Shown in pieces: positions 1-11,200 of a DNA stretch of 64,000 nucleotides (positions are counted from its first letter, which is position 1; every line of letters starts with the position of its first letter). The position numbers and the translations under genes are program-made. The notes under the pieces are model-generated. The model was not told where the DNA came from, searched no databases, and worked only from the letters and a program-made list of their open reading frames with translations. The DNA lies in contig NC_043006.1 in NCBI RefSeq assembly GCF_006345805.1, forward strand, positions 28,458,001-28,522,000, read 5' to 3'. This stretch comes from Octopus sinensis. Its lineage: Eukaryota.

Positions 1-120
1 ATAAATTAAGTACCTGAAATATATTATGGTTAAGTCAATTGATTGTATCAGGACTGATAATTATCCTCCTTTCTTTTTCTAGGTCAGTGCAAACATCTGG
101 TTAACCTTGAGCATAGAACC

Positions 121-202
121 ATGAAGAAGCATTTGCAGATACGGACTTTGACGATCCATAAGGGAGAAAATACGGAGACCACCCTATTCCGTCTGGAGAA
201 AG
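121..202 (+). CDS. AGL: AGL coding exon 1 (exon begins at 83 after AG acceptor; ATG at 121)
   Basis: [27 protein letters not shown], donor G|GTAAGT. Confidence 0.93.
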
Positions 203-1450
203 GTAAGTTGAACAGTTTTGAATATGTTTGAACATGACTGGAAGTATTCATAGAAAGTTCTGGCTGTTTAGCTAAATATGTATATATATAATATAGAATA
301 AAGAGAGGTGTTCTCTGTTGATGGAAAACAACTGTGATTAGATTTCACATTTGAATCTGTCTGAACACATTATAAGAATGGGCATGTTATTAATTATGAG
401 ACTTTTTTTTTTTAGAAAGTCTCAGTGATATTGAGCAGAGAATCAGAAATGATGTGGTGCAAAGAATAAGTTGTTAGCTTTTTGGATAAAACATCTTCAT
501 TTCATAATACATCAGTTATTGATATTATGGCTGACATTTCTCAGTAGAAATAGCAACCAAATCTCCCTTGAATCAGATCCTGATGTCTTTAAAAAAGATG
601 GACATGTTGAAAAATGCAATCCTAAACATACAAAGAGATAAGATGGTCACAGTTGGATTGCCTTTTAGCATAAGTCTTCTCAATCAACAGCAGGACTAAA
701 TATCCTCCAGATGAGTAAAGTTTAATGACATCACAGACTAAATGAATATTGATTTCAAATTTTGGCACTGAGCCCACGATTTTAGAGAAGGGGTAAGTCA
801 GTTATATCAACTCCAGTATTCAACTGATACTTACTTTATCAACCCTGAAGGGATGAAAGGTAAAGTCAGCCTTGGCCAAATTTGAACTCACGATGTGAAG
901 ATGAAGAAAATGCTGGTTTGCCAACAATTCTGCCAGCTTGCTACCTTGACAATGAATTTTGAAGTTTAATGATGTAAAGAATTAATTCTTTACTTAAAAA
1001 CAAATGAATGAATGAAGAGAGTAGGAGCCAAAAAAATATTAGTGTGGTGGCTTTACCATTATCTTATTACCTTTTTTTTTGTCTTACAGACTGGATTCTT
1101 CGTTTTGTACTCGGGCCATCATTACACGCCGATGTGGTTAGAATTTTTACTAACCACCCAGAAAATGAAAAAGACGCTTTTAAACGAGATCAGTACCATG
1201 AGCTGCAATGGGAGAGCCCGTGTAGCACCAAAAGTGATCGTCATGACGCTTATGTGGATGTTCACATTGTGCTACCTGGCTCTTTTAATTATTACTTCAC
1301 AATTGACAGCAGGTGAGTTTAAGTGTCTGTTCAGTTTTATTTATACTTGATGATCAATGAACTCATATTATCAATGGCAAATGCATAGTAAAACAATACA
1401 TGCATGTGTGAATGTACTTATATATATATATATATAATATATATATATAT

Positions 1451-1497
<47 letters not shown>

Positions 1498-1498
1498 T

Positions 1499-1541
<43 letters not shown>

Positions 1542-4500
1542 CAGGGGTTGGACAAAATAATGGAAACACCTTAAAATTTCAGACAAATTAATTTTAATAT
1601 GGGGTAGGACTGCCTTTGGCAGTAATTACAGCTTGAATTCTATAAGGTATGGACTCGTACAAAGTTTGAATTGTTTCCAAAGGAATTTTCGACCATTCTT
1701 CAGCTGAAACAGTCTCCAGTTCCTGTAGTGATGATAGTAGAGGATATCGACTCCTTACTTGTTTTTCTAAAATGCACCATAAATGTTCAATAATATTGAC
1801 ATCTGAGGACTGTGATGGCCAAATAAGATGTTCGACTTTACTAGAATGTTCCTCGTGCCATTCAGTAACAATTTTAGCTGTATGAATTGTTGCATTATCA
1901 TCCTGAAAGATTGCGTTTCCCTCCTAAAACAGTTCCATAACTATAGGATGAATTTGATCAGATAAAATGCTTAAATAGTCTTGACTGTTAATTCTGCCAT
2001 GAAGGGAAACCATTGGGCCGGTGGATTTCCAAGATATAGCCTCCTGGATCATCACAGATCCTCCTCCAAGTTTAACAGTTGAAAGAAGGCAGTCTGGGTC
2101 AAATATTTCTTTTGGCTGTCTCCACACGTATGCTTGGCCAGTGGTTGGAAATAAGGTAATTGAAATTCATTAAAATGACAGATCTATCAGACTTTCAAAG
2201 AGGTCAAATCGTTGGTGCTCATATGGCAGGTGCTACCGTAGCAAAAACAGCCAAAATGCTTGGTGTATCAAGAAGTACTGTCTCATAATTAAGACAACCT
2301 TTGAGAAAAAGGGAAAAATCTCGTCAAAACAAAACTCCAGAAGAAAACCAAAACTTTCAGATAGGGACCATCAGACTCTTACGCAAATTCTCATCCGAGA
2401 AAATAACATTCTTCCACTGCTCTTGGGACCAATTCTGTAGGTTTTTACTCCACTCTAAATGCTTTGCAATGTTTTGTTTTTGAAAGTAGTGGTTTCTGAT
2501 TGCAGTCCTCCCATGAAATCTGGCTTTCTGCAGCTCCTGGTGAGCAGTTTTTGTGGAAACTGGGTTTTTGAGGTGGTCATTAAGCTCTGCAGTAATTTTG
2601 GGAGCTGTACTTTTGTGATCCTTTCTAACAATTTGCGTAAGAGTCTGATGGTCCCTATCTGAAAGTTTTGGTTTTCTTCTGGAGTTTTGTTTTGACGAGA
2701 TTTTTCCCTTTTTCTCAAAGGTTGTCTTAATTATGAGACAGTACTTCTTGATACACCAAGCATTTTGGCTGTTTTTGCTACGGTAGCACCTGCCATATGA
2801 GCACCAACGATTTGACCTCTTTGAAAGTCTGATAGATCTGTCATTTTAATGAATTTCAATTACCTTTTTCTGATGATATCTGAAAAGAAACAGCAATTTT
2901 AGCAAAACATATTAAGCAACACTAATAATAAATCAAAAAACATAAAAATAAACAAGCATTTGATGGTTTTATAGATATTTCAAAATTATGATGCTATGAT
3001 GCTAGGTGTTTCCATTATTTTATCTGACCCCTGTATACGCATACACACACACACACACATATATAATAATTATCCATCATCATTATCATAACTTTATTCA
3101 TTTTTCCGTACTTGCTTGTAGAGGCGCAATGGCCTAGTGGTTAGGGCAGCGGACTCGCGGTCGCAGGATCGCGGTTTCGATTCTCAGACTGGGCGTTGTG
3201 TGTGTTTATTGAGCGAAAACACCTAAAAGCTCTACGAGGCTCCGGCAGGGGGTGGTGATCCCTGCTGTACTCTTTCACCACAATGGCGGTGCCCCAGCAT
3301 GGCCACAGCTCAAGAGCTGAAACTGGAAAAACAAAAAAAAAAAAAAATAGGAGAAACAGAATTCATTGAGGTAAATTTTTATACATCTGGGTGCCCTTTC
3401 TGTTACCAACCCTCACCTGTTTTCTAGCAAGGTAAGCTACTATTTCACCATGGCCACACATATTTTCATGAGAGACTGGAAACAAACAACATCGCTTGCA
3501 TGATGGTGATACTCATTTACAGCCATCATGTGATGTCATGACAAGGATAAACACAAACAGACATACACACAGGTGACTGTTGGCGGTAGGAAGGAAATCT
3601 GGCCATGGAAAATTTGTTTCAACTAATTCCACCCAACCTATGCAAACATCAAAAGTAGACATTAAAACACTGATGAAAATGGTGACAAAAGAAAAATAGA
3701 ATTGATTATTTATTATAACTGTTGTTTTAATTATTGGTTTTGAGTGACATCATTTAATATCATTAATTCTTGTGTTTTCATTTATTTTTAGTGACAACAT
3801 CCACAATGCCAATGGTAAAGGATATTTCCTAGTTGATCCAGTTCTACTTGTGGGAGCTGATGAAGAATTAACAATGAACTGTTTACAATGTCAGACAGTC
3901 TTGGCTAAATCGTTGGGACCATTTGCTGAGTGGAAGTCTCGTTTGGAAGTTGCTAAACAAACTGGTTACAACATGATTCATTTCACACCTCTGCAAGAGC
4001 TTGGTGTTTCCAATTCCTCATATTCTATCAGGAATCAGCTGAAAGTCAATCCAATCTTCAGCGAAGGTGTTGAAACAACATTTGAGGAAATAGAGAATTT
4101 TACTCGCTGGATGAATAAAGAATGGAAGATACTTACTGCAAGTGATCTGGTGTTCAACCACACTTCTAAGTGCAGTGCCTGGCTGCGAGAGCATCCTGAG
4201 TGTGCATACAACTTGCATAATTCTCCCCACTTGAAGCCTGCTTTTATTGTTGACAGGATCTTCCATTATTTCTCTATGGAAGTCTGTAAAGGAGATTGGA
4301 CGAATAAAGGTGTTCCTCCTGAAGTTAATAATGAACATCACATAAATGTGAGAATTCTTCTGTCTTTTATTCTTCTACATCATATCAAGCCATACAATAT
4401 TAAACTGTTAAGTTATCATTCACATATTTGATGTAACGAGCTTAATAAAACTAATTAGAGATAATTATGAAATGAGGAAAAAATTATGTTCTTAATGACT

Positions 4501-5988
4501 AATATTGTTTTCATTATTTTGGAAAATATGATAACTCCAGACATGTTTCAGCATTATTCTTACTTCATCAGTGAAGCATTACATTTACCATTCACATTTA
4601 CCCGATTAGTCAATGAAAGAATCATTAAATGTACAACACTTTCATTATTTGGCATATAAAATAGAATTGTTTAGAGAAAAAGTACTTTAGAGATGACTTC
4701 TGCATGAAAGAGAATAGTTAAATTAATGTCAACATATTGTCAACATATTAACTGCATGGAAAATTAACAACTAACTAGGAATAACTGTGTAATGAATGCA
4801 TGTGAAACATCAGAAATACTGTAGAGTGCAGCAAAAAAAATCACATTCACCATTCTTGATAAACGTTTCAACAACAAATGCACTGTGTCTGCTGGTACAA
4901 ACCATGATGGTAACTAAAAACAAATGTAAGACTTTAGGTACATGAAGACACCATTACCACCTGTCTAACTTCAGTAGCGCCAAAAAGATAGCCCTGTAAA
5001 ATAAGTGAGGTTTTACTGTTGTATTCTGTATAGGACCTGTTTTTCTTTTCGTGACTTAAACATTCATATTTTTGGGAATCTTTTTGCATCTTCAACTGGT
5101 GTCTGAGGGTCATAAGCATTTTACCCTTTTCTCTGTACACTTCACCAGAGTGGGACACTGAAGACTAAATTAGCCTTTATCTATAGAAGAGTTCCACCAG
5201 CAGTACCTTGTTAGCCACAACCACTTTGACTTAGTCTTAGTTGCCATGGTTATCTTTACTGTGGTCTTTCTTCAGTTGTTTAGATTTCCAAACTGATTTT
5301 CTGCAATAGAGAGTGCTGGATCTTTCTAAGGAAACCACAACAGCCAACTTCAAAGGGCTATGAGGTTGATACCTTTCTTTGACAAGAGCATCATCAGTCA
5401 AATCCTGGTGTTTGGATTTCTTCAGATGATGACATATCAAATTTGTCCTACCATGGCACTATGAGTTGATGTACTAAGGTGAAAAGAAGAACTATGTCTG
5501 GTGAGAGCAAGCTTATTACCACCTCTTCCATAATACTGTACTACAACCTTCACTGAGGAGATGAAACTTGTATAATGGTAGCAACAAATGTTAACAAGTT
5601 TTCTTTGAAAATGTTAATTAAAAGCATCAAAATTGCCCTTAGTAACCATTCACTTTACTTCTACTGTCTGAAGTGCCTGTTTTTCTGATTTATTTATCCT
5701 TTGTTTTATATGCAGGCAATTAAACACATTTTGCATACAGAGGTGTTCCCAAAATATCGAATCTATGAGTTTTTCCTCTGTGATGTAGATGAGGCAGTTA
5801 ACAAATTCAAACATCAAGTGAAGGGTAAGTTTATCTCTTCCTGTTATTTCTGTAATTTTTTTGCTTGTATATTGCATGCATACATACATACTTATATACA
5901 TGTATATGTATATATAGAGAGAGAGGTTAATTTCATCATTAAGAACATGATGGTAGTATGTTCATTCTCCATCTGTAGATTTGAGTTC

Positions 5989-6031
<43 letters not shown>

Positions 6032-6980
6032 TATATATATAGGTGCAGGAGTGGCTGTGTGGTAAGTAGCTTGCTAACCAACCACATGGTTCCAGGTTCA
6101 GTCCCACTGCGTGGCATCTTGGGCAAGTGTCTTCTACTATAGCCTCGGGCCGACCAATGCCTTGTGAGTGGATTTGGTAGACGGAAACTGAAAGAAGCCT
6201 GTCGTATATATGTATATATATATATATGTATGTGTGTATGTTTGTGTGTCTGTGTTTGTCCCCCTAGCATTGCTTGACCACCGATGCTGGTGTGTTTACG
6301 TCCCCGTCACTTAGCGGTTCGGCAAAAAGAGACCGATAGAATAAGTACTGGGCTTACAAAGAATAAATCCCGGGGTTGATTTGCTCGACTAAAGGCGGTG
6401 CTCCAGCATGGCCGCAGTCAAATGACTGAAACAAGTAAAAGAAAGAAAAAAGAAATATATATATCCCTCTCTCTCTTTCGGAGAGGCACTAAGCAGCTAT
6501 ATGCACACATACACACACAGCAGTAACTTCCACCTACCGAATTCAATCACAAAGCTCCGGTCGGCTCGGGGCTATAGTGGAAGACACCTACCCAAAGTGC
6601 CACGCAGTGGGACTGAACCCAAAACCATGTAGCTAGGAAGCAAGCTCCCTATATTTATTTAATTATATATTTGATGAACTCCCTTTGAAAATTTGAAAAT
6701 GAGTGTTCAGCTTTTTCCGAATGACCTGCCCAAATAATTTGTTTATAATGATTAAATGTATGTGTTGTACATTAGCTCACTCTCTCCATCAAATCAATGT
6801 CGCCTGAACAGGTGCATGGTGTACCACACATCAGGTGTCAAAGTGGGATGGAGTGTGTTGCTCAAGAACACAATGCACCACCTAGTTTAGGAACTGAAAT
6901 TATGATATTGCAATTGTGAGTGCAACACCCTAATCATCAGGTCATGCAGCTAGTGGTTAGGGTGTACACACAAACACACA

Positions 6981-7015
<35 letters not shown>

Positions 7016-8244
7016 ACACCCGCATGTGTATGTGTGTGTAGATATATATATGTATGTATTTGGTAATAGAGAAAGGCAGATATATCCAAGCAGCCTCATT
7101 TTAGATTATTCCTCTGAATAATATTTATTTAAACTCCTACATGAAATAACTGCTCGTGAATAATCCTAAGAATTGTGTTCTCTTTTAAGCTGGAAATACT
7201 AAACCTATCAAAGATCATGACCTGGAGATTATACCTGAGAAAACATACCAACGACTGAAAGGAACTGTTGATCCTGAGGTTGCCATGGGTGCTTTGAACT
7301 TTGACAAGTAAATAATTGCATTAGATCTTTGCATTGTACCATGAAGTTTTTAGGTTGCTAAGTAAATGGTCAATCATCATCATCATCATCATTATGATCA
7401 TCATTTTTTCCATGCTGGCATGGGTTAGATTGTTTGGATGGAGATGGTAAGCTGGAGAGCTGCACCAGGCTCCAATCTGTTTTGGCTTGGTTTCTACAGC
7501 TGGATGCCCTTCCTAACTACTCCACAGAGTGTACTGGGTGCCTTTTATGTGTCACTGGCGTGGATACATCTTACATGTCACCAGCACAGGTGCCATTCAC
7601 ATGTCACTGGCAATTTCACTTTGCTTGACATGTCTACTCAATACAATTCTATATTTAAGAGATGAGGAATTATATACATTATTTACAATTGACGGATATT
7701 TAAAAGAACCCATCTAAAAGAACCCATCTAAAAGATATTAGTATACCAATAAGAAACTTGATGGAAATGTTGACCTTCTGTGTAGAAACTACCTACTTCA
7801 GTATGGATGCTGATATATATCGACAAGAAGAGGGTTTAGCTATGGGTCCACCATTATCACTGATAATAGCCAATATATACATGGAATACTTTGAGAATTT
7901 GGCTTTAGGATCAACACCACTAAAACCAACCCTATGGCTGTGATATGTTGATGACACCTTCATACTCTGGCCCCACCAGGAAGATGTCCAAGTGCTATTA
8001 GATCATGTGAACTCAATAAAGCCATCTTTAACAATGGAGTTAAGTTGAAGCACAATTACCCAAGCTATTGTGCAGAGGGATTGAAACCCAAATGACTTAA
8101 TTCAATACATACATATCTGTACCATGTTGTGTCCTTTGGAAAATGAAATACATAGCTTTCAATTGTCCAAGCTGCCTCATTGTATAATGAGTAATGCAGC
8201 TGACCACTGGTTATGTATTTCTCTCTCACACACACACTGTTGAT

Positions 8245-8278
<34 letters not shown>

Positions 8279-11200
8279 TGCGTAAGCTCGCGAGAAATGA
8301 AGCCAGTATGCTCCGATGGATGTGTAATGTCAGTGTGCATGCTCGACAGAGCATTAGTACCCTGAGAGAAATGTTGGACCTAAGGAGCATCAGTTGTGGT
8401 GTGCAAGAGAGAAGATTGTGCTGGTATGGTCATGTGGCGAGAATGGATGAAGATAGGTGTGTGAAAAAGTGCCAATCCCTAACAGTGGAGGGAACCCGTG
8501 GAAGAGGTAGACCCAGGAAAACTTGGGACGAGGTGGTGAAGCACGACCTTCGAACTTTAGGTCTCACTGAGGAAATGACCAGCGACCGAGACCTTTGGAA
8601 ATATGCTGTGCGTGAAAAGACCAGGCAGGACAAGTGAGTCCAGCCCACTTATGCATGCCTTTCCTTCCTTGGACACACAAAGACCTGTTGAGGCAAGCGA
8701 AGTCGATATCGAACCTCATCCGACGACGGGCACCTATGCCTACCCACCTTTGCTTGCGAAGACCTGTTGGGGCAAGTGGAATCGAAATTGAACCAATCCT
8801 ATGACTGGCACCCAGCAGATGCCAGGACCCCTGGACTGGAGATATGTAAAAAACACTATCTGAATCGTGGCCGATGCCAGCGCCGCCTTGACTGGCGTCC
8901 GTGTCGGTAGCACGTAAAAAGCACCATCCGAATCGTGGCCGAAGCCAGTGCCGCCCCAACTGGCTTCCGTGCAGGTGGCACCTAAAATGCACCAATCCGA
9001 CCGTGGCCGATGCCAGCCTCGCCTGGCACCAGTGCAGGTGGCACGTAAAAAGCACCCACTACACTCACGGAGTGGTTGGCGTTAGGAAGGGCATCCAGCT
9101 GTAGAAACATTGCCAGATAAGACCGGAGCCTGGTGCAGCCTTCTGGCTTCCCAGATCCCCGGTCGAACCGTCCAACCCATGCTAGCATGGAGAACGGACG
9201 TTAAACGATGATGATGATGATGATGATATATATATATATATCTGTAAATGTAATATGTAACAATTATTCGGTAGCCTTGATAAAACTCAGAGTTTCGGAT
9301 GCCAAGGTGGAAATCCACGCCGCCATCTCTTCAGTTATCTGGCCATCAGAAAACCGCTATTTCCACCTCGGCATCCGAAACTCAGAGCTTTATCTTGGCT
9401 ATTGAATAATTGTCACATATTACATTTACAGATAAATTCCTCTATTTACATAATATCAAGGTCTCTTTCTTTCTTTTGTTATCTTACCGTTTTTATCAAT
9501 ATATATATATCATCATCATTTGATGTCCATTGTCCAAGCTAGCATGGGTTGGATGGTTTGACCAGGGCTGGTAAGCTGGAAGGCTGCACCAGACTCCAGT
9601 CTGATTTGATCCCTTCTGTAGCTGTATTCAGAGTGATAAAGCCTACAATTGCTCAGTGGTATCTTTCTGTAAGTAATTCTCAATAGTCCAGCCTGCTTAG
9701 CTGTATATAAGGTGATACACTGACACCTTGACCATCATTTGAATACCACTACATGCTTTCTATGCTAACCATCTCTAGCTCTCACCATTTGATTGTATAT
9801 ATATATGTATTTATTGTTACTTATATTATGTGTGATGTATATGTCTTGTAGGTCTGATACTGTTAATTTTGAAAAACGACTGGAGGAATGCTGTCAAGTA
9901 TTGCGAGAGAAACTCAACCAGAAGAACAAGGAAAAACACTCAGAAATCACTCGGCACATTGATGTGGCCATCAACAATTTCTTAGCCAATGTTCGTTACC
10001 GCTTCTTGGCATCTGATGGACCTAAAATTCGAAGAGTCACGACCGATGATCCTTTGATGCATGAGTAAGTTTTGATTTAATTTTATTTATTCATTTATTT
10101 TTACATTTTATAACCATATGTAATTATATGAAGACCAGTCTATATAAACTATTTATATTAACATTTTTGGTACCATCCAACATGGGATAGCCCCTGGCTC
10201 TATAATACAAGATTCTTGTTTTAATGTGATCTAAATTAAAACCTGCCACTAAAATTTTATGTAAAAATTAACTCTCAAACACCAACTTAATAATGATTAA
10301 GTTATCTTACTAAATTCTTAAATATTTTTAAAATTAATTGAAACAAAGTCAGAGTATTTCAGCAGAAATATGTTAACAAAAAGATCAGTTTATATAGAAT
10401 CTTTCAGATTAATTTATGTAAACCACTTAAACTTGGGTTATATTAATTTATGTAAGCTAAATGGAAAGATGATGATGATAACAAAATTAATTACACATAT
10501 CATATAGATTTAAAATATATTCATTTACATTGATTGTATAAATTTAGGTTATAGAAAGATGACAATGCATACATAAGTTATATAAGCCAAAGCTTTGTGA
10601 GTGGATTTGGTAGATGGAAACTGAAAGTAGCCCATCATATGTCTGTGTGTGAGTATGTTTGTGGTTATGTCATGTTAACTTGGCATTGCATGATAGTTGT
10701 GAGTGTCAGTGTCATACAAGTAATGACTTTCATTTCCATTATTCTATGAAAACATGTCTGGCCATGAGGAACAATTACTTTACTGGAAATAAGTGAGAAT
10801 TGGTGACTGGAAGAGCATCCAGCTGTAGAAGATCTGCCTCAATAAACTCCACCTAGTCTATGCAAGCTTGGGAAAATAGGTATTAAAATGATGATGAATA
10901 TGATGGTGATGATGATGAAAGAAGAATCTTCAGCTTGTATATGGATATTTTATGGCTGTTAGTAAGTTAATAGATGATCAACCAAGGGGTCGTTGGTTTA
11001 TATCCTTCCACCAGCACTGTGTGTGCAACCAGCAATTTTACAATGTCTCAAACCATGTAAATGGCAGTAAAGTGGTACAACTGAATGGAATGGCTCACAT
11101 CTCTAAGTACCAGTACCTCACTACACAACTAACTATGAAGCTGGAGTTGTGAAATCTTGCAGGCATTAATTTCAATTCTTCTTACTAATAACTGCATTGT

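Noticed and set aside
83-120. Open frame upstream of the AGL ATG (possible N-terminal extension)
   Set aside because: ATG 121 has a good context and aligns with the known N-terminus. The upstream exon is outside the window, so this cannot be tested.
5550-5570. CTGAGGAGATGAAAC
   Set aside because: There is no room for stem II and no stem I complement.
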